A DNA stretch of 64,000 bases from Ramazzottius varieornatus (taxonomy: Eukaryota > Animalia > Tardigrada): assembly GCA_001949185.1 (NCBI GenBank), contig BDGG01000008.1, positions 372,001-436,000 on the forward strand, read 5' to 3'. Shown here piece by piece: positions 1-11,800 of this stretch (positions are counted from its first letter, which is position 1; each line of letters opens with the position of its first letter). The translations under genes and the position numbers were made by a program. Below the pieces are notes generated by a model. That model saw nothing but the letters and a program-made list of their open reading frames with translations. It was not told the origin of the DNA and searched no databases.

Positions 1-1977
1 ATGTGGCAGACCGGAAGTTGCTTCAGTACGCGTGAATGTATGGCTCGCCTACGATACTATTACCTTGCAGGATCGTGACCCAGGAGGAAAGCAAGGAAGT
101 GAAGCTGCAGATTCGTCAGGATCAAGAGCAAAAGGGACTATCCAACCGCAAACGAAACGGATTTATGGAATAGTATTCGCTATCTTGTTGGTTGATCTCC
201 TGGCATTTACATGCATCCTGCCACTTCTTCCAGCTTTGTTCGATTACTATGGCCAGAAAGACACGAAGGTTCGTTGTGATGTTCCGAGGAGATTTCACGT
301 GCAAAACTTGGTGTGCGGAGCGTTGCTAAATTTTGTATTCCTTTCCAGGATAGCACATATCGAGCTCTCCAGGATTTCGTGGAGCGAACTCAAACCTTCT
401 TGGGAATACCTGTCTCTGAAAAGTTCAATTCCGTTCTATACGGAGGACTACTGGGATCGCTCTTCTCCTTCCTGCAGTTTGTTGCTTCCCCTTTGATCGG
501 CTCTTTGTCCGACGTATATGGCCGCAAAACTTTGCTACTAATCACCACAGTAAGCTTTAGATGGTCCTGTATAAATCGAAAATGCTTATTGCCTGTCGAC
601 TACAGTCCGGATTTTTTCCAGGCCGGAATTGCGTTATCTTACATTGTGTGGGCGCTCTCAACGTCTTTCACGTTGTTCGTCCTCGCCAGAATAATCGGAG
701 GTATTAGCAAAGGAAACATCAGTATAGGTACGGCCATTATCACGGATGTATCTACGCCGGAAACCAGAGGCAAGGGCATGGTGAGAAGATTTTTTCACAG
801 CATTAACCTGTGTGAGATTTTGATGGTCGACGATTGAGTTTTCTGTTATTGTGGTCGTAGGCGCTGGTCGGGATCGCGTTTTCATTGGGGTTCATAATTG
901 GACCGATGATCGGAGCACTGTTTTCCGCCTATGCAAAAGCTAACAACGTCTCCAACTTTTTCATCTACCCCGCCGTGTTTTCCCTGGTTTTAGAACTGCT
1001 CGATTTGGCACTGATTTGGCGGTTTCTTCCGGAGACGCTATCGAAAGAAAAGAGAGTACGAAAAATGTTTCGAACCCAGCCCGAATCGCTTTGTCTGAGT
1101 CACGAGCCTTATTTTATTTTAGGCACCATCGGTCCTGAAGAATCTCAAAGAAACCGTGGACTTCATCGACCCTCGTCGTTTGCTAAATTTCTCCGCTGTC
1201 AAGAAACTATCCGCGGAGAACCGGGCTTTACTTCGAAAGATGGGCGTCACCTACCTCCTGTTCTTGTTCTTTTTCTCCGGACTGGAATTTACCCTGACGT
1301 TTCTCATGCATAACCGATTCGACTACAACAGGTTCGTGACAGTTTTACTTCCCGTCTTCCTTCCCTTCTTTTCGTTATCGAAATTGTCGTCATCGAGGTT
1401 TTCTGTTCTCCTAGCGTCCAGCAAGGACGAATGTTTCTCTTCATCGGCATAATCATGATAGCCGTACAAGGCGGATATGTCCGCCGCATTCCCGCTGGCA
1501 AGGAAAAAAAAGTAGCCATTTTGGTAAGGGCGTTTTCTTCGTGTAACTCAACTATAAATTGTTGCACCAAATGGCGCACCTTGTCAGTGATACTGGCTGA
1601 AGGCGTGCGTCACTGGGGAAAACGATTTCGTCGACTCTGTACGCCAAGCTCCAAATGCTTTGCAGGGTCTTTTGATGGTCATACCGGCCTTCGTCATCAT
1701 CGCTTTCGCGACGGCTCAACCGATTGTCTACCTCGGTTTGGCCATGTACTCATTCTCTTCGGCGACGATTGTGCCGTGTCTGACTACCATCGTGTCGAAC
1801 CAAGGAGGTGACGACCAGAAAGGAACTGTGATGGGCATTTTCAGATCTCTGGGCGCTCTAGCACGCACCGTCGGACCACTTTTCTTTTCTACACTCTACT
1901 GGAGTTTAGGACCAACCATATCGTACACTATCGGCGGACTCTTACTGTCTTTGCCTTTGATAACTTTGAGAAGATAG
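1..1977 (+). CDS. MFSD10: Major facilitator superfamily transporter MFSD10/TETRAN-like (multi-exon, 5' end probably outside window)
   Basis: Spliced ORF pieces give VFAILLVDLLAFTCILPLLP, GGLLGSLFSFLQFVASPLIGSLSDVYGRK (MFS motif A), ARIIGGISKGN, DVSTPETRGKGM, SGLEFTLTFL, QGGYVRRIP and GTVMGIFRSLGALARTVGP; GT-AG introns lie between them; stop at 1975-1977. Confidence 0.9.
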
Positions 1978-2161
1978 AAACAAATTTTACAGGAGCGTAT
2001 AAATATTTTCTCGTCAGAAGAGTGGAACTATTCAGTTTTGTATTTGGTACATGGACAAAAACCCCGATAAAGTTTTTGCTCGAGTAGTTTCTTACATAAG
2101 GAAGGTTTTCTTTGTACAGTAACGCAGGAGAGAAGAGGACAAAATCCGCGAAGGAATCCAG

Positions 2162-2814
2162 TTACATCTCGGCATCGTCTGCGTGTTGTTGACGCGCTCT
2201 TCCGTGTCGCACCTTGAAGTTCCTGAACTCGTCCTGCAAAAATATCGTGCTTCAAAACTCATTTCAACTTAGAAAAACAGCACGGCGTTCGGCTTCAAGG
2301 CTTACGTTGAACTGTTCTTCAGCGTAAGCCAGTTCACTGAGGAGATCCGTAATGGCGTTATTGAGCGCTTCGTGTGGCGCGTAGTCGGCCGTGGTCTGTA
2401 TTCTCAAGATGAACTTGTTCTCAAGGGGATGAGGCACTTTGTATCCGGCAAACACGACGTTGGGGTCTTTGATCAGCTGCCTGCAAATACCATTTCACCT
2501 TCTGTTAGAACTTTGTTAAGTGGCGGTAAAACGAGAGAGGCATATGAAGCACAAGACAACAAGATCGCCTACGCTCGAAGCATGTTTCCCAGCGTGTGGT
2601 CCTCCTTATTGAAGGTAAATATTGCAGCGTTCGGAACTTTGGTATCTTTCTCCATCGTTATCCTGCCAAATCATGTATGGGATCAATTTGAAGGTGCGTA
2701 CAGTCAATTGTATGCAGGTTAACTAGTCCTTTTCATTCTCGGCACCCATAAGACCACTTACTTCTTCTCTCCAGGGTAGAGAAGATGCGACTCGAAAGCC
2801 GGAGGCGCGTTCAT
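2162..2814 (-). CDS. POLR2J: RNA polymerase II subunit RPB11 (4 exons)
   Basis: [18 protein letters not shown]|[29 protein letters not shown]|[30 protein letters not shown]...EEQFN|DEFRNF...AEM*; the EDHTLGN and [11 protein letters not shown] signatures are present. Confidence 0.95.
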
Positions 2815-3527
2815 GGTTGGAAGCTAAGGCACTGTAGGAGAAGAAACGCACTGACACCGCCGGGAGAACAACACGGTTCGGGTAAGGTAAGAATGGTACT
2901 CTTGAACAAGTCACCACAACCAAGCTAACGATGTGCCAAGCGGATGTTCACTGTCCAGGAATGAATACCAGATTCGGTACCGTCCGCACAGAATATGGAT
3001 CTTTAACACTGAATGTCCCGGGAGGATTTAATCCAGAGTCCAGTATCTGGTCCAAACTCCAGACTCTGATTTTCTGAAAACGAAGACGAGAATGGAACCA
3101 AAGTTACAAAGCCTTCCGATGTTCCGACTTTTGTTTTGCACCTTTGGTCTACTCGAGCGCTCAATCAAGAAATTCACTAATCAACGCAACAACTTAACTC
3201 CCTTTCGAACGACTGCCATTCGCAATCTCCACACTGGAATTGGAATTTGATAATCAAGTAAACTAACGTTTTTCACAAATTCGGTCGCTTTCTTTGGGTC
3301 TTGCAGGACTTCTCCAATTCCCGAAGAAGACTCAAGGATTGCAACGGTGGTGATTGAAGCGGAGGTAGCCGGGGACGCGACGAGAGAGTGTTGGATTCAA
3401 GTACGCCTGCTGGAGCTGTCGGACTCGTATATGGGACTGTCGACCGGAAGTCCGGAATAACACCAAGCACTAAGACATTGGTTTGTTGGTTTGCAAACCA
3501 CCGAACTCTGCGGACGATCCAATTCCA

Positions 3528-3701
3528 ATGGCTAAGGCGAAGTTTCTGACGGTACTGCTGGGAAGTCTGGGATCGGGACACAAGAGGGTAGTTCGGCGGC
3601 TGCGAACGGATGGAAAGCTAGAAAAGTTGATATGGGATCCTTTAGTAAGGCAAGAAGTCCTTTACAGAGAGATCAGGAAAGTTCGCACCCTCAAAGACTG
3701 A
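3528..3701 (+). CDS. MRPL33: Mitochondrial ribosomal protein bL33m
   Basis: MAKAKFLTVLLGSLGSGHKRVVRRLRTDGKLEKLIWDPLVRQEVLYREIRKVRTLKD (57 aa) fits the L33 pattern (KL..DP.V...VL..E.K). Confidence 0.85.
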   Translation: MAKAKFLTVLLGSLGSGHKRVVRRLRTDGKLEKLIWDPLVRQEVLYREIRKVRTLKD

Positions 3702-4463
3702 AGTGATAGCGGGTGTCCTGGACGCCATTTGCATCCTGTGGTTAGGATGCCAGATACTTCGAATGTCTCTCTCGTGGAGCATTACTGTTCCGGACGGGAT
3801 TGTAAGTGCATATTCTGTTCTGGTGTATCAGTGTCCAATACTGTCCATCACCAATGCTACCGATGCTTTGCCGATTCGTATCAAGCTTTAACAGCGTGTT
3901 TCCTGTTGTGAAAAGGGTCTGAAAAATTGCACATAATATTTGCTCATAAGAGTGTGCTCCCCGCATCAGTGAGGCCTTATGTACACTATGGTAGTCTTAC
4001 CGTCTTACCATATGTCTTAAGCAGCCGGAAGTACGAATTACCGTTCGTGCAGTCAAACTAGAAAGAGGTGTTACGAACGACTGTGACGTTCCTGCCAGAG
4101 AAGGTCTTCCAAATATGGGTTCCGGAGACAGTTGGTCACAGCGACCAACCCATCTTGTCAACTCATGTTTGTCTTTCGGTAGTAAGGTCGCTCGACGCGA
4201 ACACCTGAGGAACTACTACCTCGTAGTGACGAAGCGTGCGCTTGTGGCGTTCGCCCTGATTGTGAGGAAGAGAGTACTTCAGCAGAGCAGATCCAAAGTC
4301 AGCGAGTCAGCAGAATCGCGGATATGTTAGGTAAATACCAGATGGTAGTTCTCAGTTGTTCCGTCCATCTATCAAAGCCACGAGCAAGGCGTAAGACTTC
4401 CAGAGCTGTATTTGGAAGTTCGACTTTGAGGCTTCTGGACCTTATTTTGCGAGGAACCACGAT

Positions 4464-5478
4464 ATGGCACCTGCGGGAACTGTTTTCGGAGGTCGAAAGG
4501 TGAGCGTACCACTTAATTCGCGAAGAAGAGTCGTCAATATGTTTATCGTGTAGTTTAGGGGAGGTCGAGATCCAGCAGAAGAACAGGCAGCCTTACAATG
4601 GATATACGCAGTACTACAGGAGCCAAGACCCGATGCGCCGTTCGATGAGCTGCTCAAAGATGGACAAGTCCTCTGCAGGTACGATTCGCTCTGTTACTCC
4701 GATAATAGACATTCCGAGTGTATAAGCTGGAGATTCTAAACTGCGTTTGCAGGCTGATGCGCAAGGTGGATCCTCGCCTCATCCGCAAAATTAACACTTC
4801 CGGCGGTCCTATCAAGCTGATGGAGAACCTCGCTGTGTTCACGGAAGCATGCCGTCAACTGGGCGTCCAGCACTACGACCTGTTCCAGTCGATCGACCTG
4901 TGGGAGCAGCGGGACATTGGTATCTCGTTGAAAAGTTCTCAAATTTGGATATAGGAGGCCGGCAAACAATCTCGGGGATGATCCTTATCGCTAGTGGCGC
5001 ATGTTTGCAGCTAATAACAACGAAAACTGCACCACTTGAGATAACGATCATCCCGAGACTCTTTACCATATGCTGAACATTACGCTTTATTGTAGGTGCT
5101 GTATACAATTGCTTGAGCCAGCTTGGTGGTATTTTGCAAAGCATACGTCCCGATCTACCAGCCTATGGACCCCGAATAGCCGAAGAAAATACAAAGTTCT
5201 TCAGTGAGCAACAAACAAGGGCGTCATCAACCAGATCAACAAACTCTGTCAACGCATATCAGAACCAAAGTAATGGAATGAGTCAAGGAAGCAAAGGTAT
5301 TTCCAGGTCCGAAAAAACTAGAAACCAAGAACCTTGTCACGTCCAAAACGTTTTCCGATGCACCTTTCATCGTTCAGTACCGCGAAGTTTGACCCCACCT
5401 TGGTTTCTGCTTCCAGGTCCACCACCACCAAGCGCGAAACCGGGAAGTCAAGTGAAAAATCAAACGAGCCGACGATGA
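4464..5478 (+). CDS. Myophilin/muscle protein 20/transgelin-like calponin-homology protein
   Basis: Exons give RDPAEEQAALQWIYAVL..FDELLKDGQVLCRLMRKVDP..KINTSGGPIKLMENLAVFTEAC..LGV..DLFQSIDLWEQRDI..V.NCLSQLG..YGPRIAEEN..FSEQQ, followed by a degenerate calponin repeat (SNGMSQG). Confidence 0.85.
4970..5058. repeat. Palindromic element family B (best-preserved arms); other copies at 1570, 9924, 21458, 40161, 43605 and 51115
   Basis: Core AGTGGCGC-N28-GCACCACT within ~32-bp imperfect inverted arms; the spacer is homologous to those of the other copies. Confidence 0.75.
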
Positions 5479-5869
5479 CCAACAAATATACGGGTTTCGC
5501 AACCTCGAAGAGTCTAATGGGCATGAAGTTCATCGAGGAATACCTTTCGGACTGAATTTTTCTGCAGGAAGCTGCCCCGACCAGCATCTTTTCTCTGAGC
5601 ACCAGGCTCCGCGTGTACGCTCTTTTGAAACCACTTTCATTCGAGATTTAACAATGATATAAAATCTAAACGTTTTGGTACATATGCTTGCTACGTATAA
5701 GTTCGACAAGGACAACCTGAAAATTTATCGGTACACCGTATTAGAGACTAGAAGTTCGTTCAAATATCGATAAAGTAGATAGCAATGTACGGTACTCAGT
5801 GGCTTCGTAATGCTCCAGAGTTTAATTTACAGAGGCAAAACTTTTGAGATTCGAAAAGAAAGATCAGTT

Positions 5870-8800
5870 CTAGCAAGGAGTATGATATTCCACCAAGTGG
5901 AAGAGAGGTCGCGGTGGCGTCGTGGTCCCCAAGCTGAAGGGCGAAGAGAAGGTTCCCTGTACAAACTCGTCATCGAACTCCAGGCCGGCTCCCAACGATG
6001 ACACGTTGCCACTGTGGGTTGACATGTTCAGTGAGGAGGAGAAGGGGCTGGATAGCGCAGTCTCCATCCGTGGCATGTCAGCAGGCGTCTTAGAGGTAGG
6101 TGGAACTTCGCATTGGTCAATACACGTTTTGGTCATGAGACTGAGCGGGTTCTTTATCACATTGTGCGTATCCACGTTCTGCGTTTCGAAGGGATTTGGT
6201 CGAATTGTAAAAGGGACGAAAGATGTGTTGGAGCCTTTGGAAGTAGTACAAGACTCGTAGCCACTCTCGGCAGGTGGCGCTAGGTGTATGGTGCCTCGTC
6301 GGGGTAAGGTAACGTAGCGAGGAGAAATGGCGCGACCGGGAATACTGCTGGCACATCGTTGCGGATGAGGAGCGAAGAGTGGAAGCTTTGACGAGTTCAT
6401 GAACGAGGAAGCTAAAAAGAGAAAAAATGAGTTTTTTTAAAAACATATTAGGAAACACATATTAGGAAAACAATTTCACAACGGGAAGAAAGTGTTGGCG
6501 TACCTTTCTATGTTAGAAAAGCCGCGAAGTAAGCAGTGGATTTGAAAGTGGAATGTGAGAGAGGGACGATAGGAAAGGGAAGAAAACAGGAAAAGAAGAG
6601 CTCAGGACCGCAGGAATAGGTAGCGAAACCCCAGCACATCACGTAAGGTGCGTGGGGAAAGTCCATCACCAGGTAGGAAGATAAAGCCGGAAAGAGGTTC
6701 TCCGTTCTTTATACTATGGAGTATTTACCTCTGACAACCGATCGTCGTTTGAAACCACCGTCATCGTCTTCTTCGGAGGTCTGACCATTGATATTAGAGT
6801 CACCGATGTCCAGCGTCTTCTGCAGTTGACTGGCCAACTGAAAACAAGAAGGAAAAAAAATCGTTTTGCCCGAAAAATACCAGCGAAACACAGACCAAAA
6901 TAAAATAAACGAAACCGAGGGTTTAACGGTAAAGAGCGGATATCGGAAAAGGCTTCTTAAGGGTGCGAATGGATAAAAGTTTGACCACAGCAGCCCGAAG
7001 GAATCTTCAAATTTCCTCAATCAAGCGCGCAAATTTTTCTCACAAGATACTGTATGAGTCCCGTTTAATGAGATGGAAGGTGTCTTGTAACTGACTTGAT
7101 TAAAAGAAATGAAAACTCGGGTACGATGAACAAGACAGAAGTCATTACTCACTTGAAATGTCTGGATGGTTTTGCCCGCTGGACATGCAGCTTCCTCGTT
7201 GACTACGTCATACATCAGGGGGGAAATGTTGTTAGTGTTAATGGGCTTTCCGTACTCCTGTAAACAAAAGTCAAGTTAGAGAACCCGTTAACCCAGAACT
7301 GAAAAGCTTGCAAGGATGTAATATTCGCTAAGTTGCGGAATTAATTACAAAGTATGTTACTGCCTTTTGAGAAAGTAGGTCGGGTATATTGGCTGGATGA
7401 AAAAAACTACGGAAACGATAATCCTGTTTTGTAACGGTTCATGCTTGAGTAGCTTGTAGACACAAGAAAAGGGAACGATGGGATGTGTTTCGGTTGGTTT
7501 GTGTGAAAACAAGTTCGACGCGTGTAAGAGCCATGTTATTCTTCTGGTTGAAATATTCAAATCCTCTTTACGCAGCTCCCCATCACACAACATGTCAGGA
7601 ACATGTGACAAAATGAGCTTTCATTCGCACTCTTCCTCAATCGCCACAGCCATATCAATCTTAATTAATCTGCCATTAAAATAGCCGTGTAATGAATGTC
7701 TGATCGAGTGTAACCCCAGAATATGCAAAGAGGAATGCTGTGACTGCTACTGTATGGCCGAACAGGATGACAAACAACGTGCATCACAGCCGTCATCAAC
7801 CTGCATACACTCACGTTAGTTGAAGCGCATTAGTATCTGTATGCAGGTGGGTGCCGATTGGCGCGATATCGGCGTACCCATCGCGTACCTGCATACACTC
7901 GAACTTTATTAAACAGGCAGGTTACTGTATGCAGGTAGGAGAAATATGGTTGATTCGTGCTAGCTTCCATCGTTAGCCTGTTTATCACTTTACAGACGCT
8001 CGCCTGCAGCGCGGATGTCCGTGCAGAAGTTAATAGGACCAGAACGTCCTTGACAATATTTTCTTCAGTCAAAAGCAAGCTTCATCAGGATTTTGACCAC
8101 GGGATGTTTTGAAATTTTGAACCGTATAATCACATCGATTTAATGCGGATTTACTGACCGCAAAGGTCGTAGTTTACTGGAAGAAAAGATGGGGCTTAAA
8201 GCCCCAACAATGATTCCGCACTGGCCACTTTTGGTCTACTAGCTCTTTAAATCCCATTCCACTGCATGATCAGCAGTGACCACACAGTGCTCATATTCGC
8301 GAAAACAACAATTTTGACGGACATGTATCGATCGTCGAATTGCCAATGTCCACACATGCTAAAAGTCAAAGATTATGGCGTACAATGGTCAAATGGAATA
8401 TCATCACTATAAGAAGGATATACGACCACCCTGACCTAATCCCCCTGGCCTCCAACATCCTGACTTCCGATTCTGTGAGGACTTTCAGCAAAATTACGCC
8501 CCAAACAAAGTAAAGGATCTTTTTCTTCGGTGCGTTGAAGATTCTTGACAACAGCAGAAACTACCCTTACATCCGAATATCACGTTCGAGTCGACCCATA
8601 GCGACCTTTTGGGATGGGCGAATGCTCGCTATGCATATCTTTGCAAGTCCGTATCCTTTCTCAGCGTGAGATGGGCAAGGGAAGAGTTCAGAATGTAATA
8701 AGCTCTGTTTTGACAAAGTTTGGATCATATTGCTTTCAGTGGTCAATCATCAGCCACTTGCTTGAGCTATCTTGGTCTTCACTTCCTCGCTCTACACAGT

Positions 8801-11800
8801 TGCGGCTAATGTCTTCACATACTTTCCATTGCAAAATTGCCCATTGCACTCGGGAAATGGATATGGAGAAGGATAGACGAACTCGAGCGCTTGAACAAAC
8901 AGCACTTGCAATGGATACCGTTTCCTCACCTGCTGCAATCGATGTCAGCGTGATGAGGCGCTAGGAAATTGTGCTCTAGATTGTACTTGATACTACACTG
9001 CGTGCCGTGCCGTTCCTGAAATAGTGTTGATGTTGAACAAAAAGGAAATTTGCATTTAACCGACTATGGCTATATACTCCTTCTATTTCATCCCCGCTTA
9101 GACTCTGTGGACCTTTCAAGAGGCTTTGGCATACATTCCACACTTTGTCCTTTGGTCACACCACTTCAATCGGCAGCGAGGCTCTCCAATTGCTTTTTAA
9201 ATTTTAAAAGATGCACACCGGCCACATAAATTTGTCAATATCGATTATTTGACTGGCCGAGCTGTAAAGTGTATCATCTGCTGACGTTGCCATTTACAGT
9301 AAACACACACAATGCAACCGCCGTCCATGTATTTCATTGCACTTTGCAATGGGCAATGTGGTCATTTTTGTGTCAATATTTAATTATTCATCAGTTTCAT
9401 TACAATAAAATGGGCAAAATGGCCTGTGGTTAAGCTGGTTAGCGTAAGCCGGCTCGCCTTCGGACAATGGAACGAGGATTTTGATCCAATATTCCACTCT
9501 TTTCTCTGCCTTCAAAGATACATCAGCGAGTCAAGTACCCTTCAGTTGCGCCGTTTGTCAGGCACTCCTTGGACTGCCTGGACACTGCTTCCGCCCAATT
9601 CGACAATGTGGCTCTCCAGGGGCCACATCAATTCTTAATGCTAATGCACAGCAGACGGCCAGTCCTCCGGACGTTACTCACTGCTACCCTTGCATATTAA
9701 CCCACAGCGTGGATTAGACACGTATTTCGTGCCTTTTTACGGTTTACCAAAACACATTTTGATGAATAACAGACGAATACTTCGAGCGAATCCGACGGAC
9801 CATTATTCTCTCTGGATTTTCTCCTAACTGTTATGGGAATTCGTTATTTTTCGTGGTTAAGGCCTTCACAGACCTCCGAAATTTGACACGTGCGCAAATG
9901 AGTTGAACCAGATCGTCAGCGCAAGTGGCGCACAGTTTCATTGTTTTTGGCTGGAAAAGTGCGCCACTTAGGAAAACGATTTGGTTCATTTCGTTTACCC
10001 ACGTTCCATTTTAATCCTCAATATAGCCGACGAGGTATCGAGAAGTCATATCGTACTAACGGTTGGGTATTTTTACGGCTTATGAACACATAAATAACAT
10101 TGAGTCAACACTCTCATTTTGGGCGGACATTTCAGATAAACTGGCGTCAGTGTGTGAAGGCTTTGGGACTAGGGTTCATTCAAAATTGTTGGTTCCGGCA
10201 AACGTTTACGCATATTTTCGCAGTGCGTGGACTGTGGACGCTCGTTCCGTCAAGAGATGCTTTGACGGTTAGACGGCACGTGTGGTCAATATTTGGGTCT
10301 GCCTACGAGGTTTTTCATGGTCCCAGCCGGTTCTGCCCCAATGGAAAAAGCTGTTTATGTTCTGACGGAACTGGTCCTGATAAGAGAGCGCCCCAAAGTC
10401 AACATGACCAAGGGAAATTATCGGGTATGAAATATAAATATTATACCATGTAACCTATCATCTGGTCCAAAGAGGAACTGCTTGCTTTCTGGTTATACTT
10501 CGCTCTGCAAGACAAACAACGTGTCGGGAAGCGACAACATAAAAAGTGCCTGTCCGAGGTTTCAATAGTTTCCTCTGTTGAGTGGCGGTATATGGATACT
10601 ATAGTTATTGGCTGTGACATTTATCAATCGGAAAAGTTCAGCCGTAAAAAAAGATGAAAGTGTGTCAGTCTTTTTAACTCTTTCGCCTTGTCCCGTCACG
10701 CACCTGCATACAGTAGGTTCGGTATTCCGAGGGCGGTCCGATGTATGCAGGTGGCTGTCGGTATCGCCGAGGCTTCTGCATGCCTGTCTTCCCCGACGTG
10801 TGAAATTTTCTAGTGGTCATCTTTTCACCCTCTTTCAAATTCCATCACATCACAAGTTGTCTTCTTGTGTGTTGTTTGTACAAGGCTAACTCCAACGTTT
10901 TGAATTGGATCGTAGATGGAACTTGTCGTGCCTGCATGCTTTTGACACGGTGTCCCAGTTGAATTTGAATTTGCTCATTGAGTAGCAAAATAAAGTTGTA
11001 GAGAAATTGGCCTGGATTTCACTTTCAGGACAGATTATGTCGGCACGTAGTATCTACTTACGTTCAATAGGGAGTTGCGATTAGTATTCGCCGACGAGCA
11101 GCGTGATGACTTTGTGGAGGAACTGACAGGCGGCGTTTGGCTGGCTCCGTAAACCCAATGAGGATACTTTTCCTCACTTTCCATGCTCCGCCGATGACAG
11201 GAGTCCGTTTCGCTCTGCGAGCCAGCTGATCCTCCGCCGTTTAATTGACTTTTCGAGCCCAATTTTGCTCGTTCGAATGCTCGAGCAGTTTCCATTCGGA
11301 CATTGTAGTTAGTGTCATCCTTAGACTTTCTTCGGAATGCAACGACACATACCACAGCGCCACCTATAAACCATACGGTCAATCAAAACTGTTTAGAAGA
11401 AACAATTCTCATAGACGATTAATTATCCATTTAGAATATTCAGGGTCTTATGGGAAGTGAACGCATCCACCTCCTTGTAAAAGCTTCTCAAAAGGAAAAT
11501 TCTCGACCACTTACACAGCAATAGGAAGGACACAACGACGAGGGCGATAATGACGGTGAGTCCCGTTGTGGACTTGAGAATAAAGTCCATGAAATTCCCC
11601 GCGCCACCGAGTGAATGAGTGAGTTGGTTGCTTGTGGCATTGGCAATGGTAATGAATAGCTGGGCGGTGGAAGACCTTCCTGTTCCATCTCTGGCTATCA
11701 GTTGTAGTTGTATCTGTTTAGGCTCGCTGACAAAAATGTCGTGGGCGGTAATGATATCGCCGGAGGTGGCGTTGACAATAAAGTCCGAACTGTTCAAGGA

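Noticed and set aside
2709-2719. TGTATGCAGGT half-site in an RPB11 intron (similar lone sites at 12917 and 63910)
   Set aside because: There is no partner arm at 28-29 nt, so these were not counted as family A units.
7799-7936. CRISPR-like or guide-RNA array interpretation of the repeat-spacer units
   Set aside because: The repeats are inverted pairs, at most two units per locus, inside eukaryotic introns, with no cas or other effector gene nearby.
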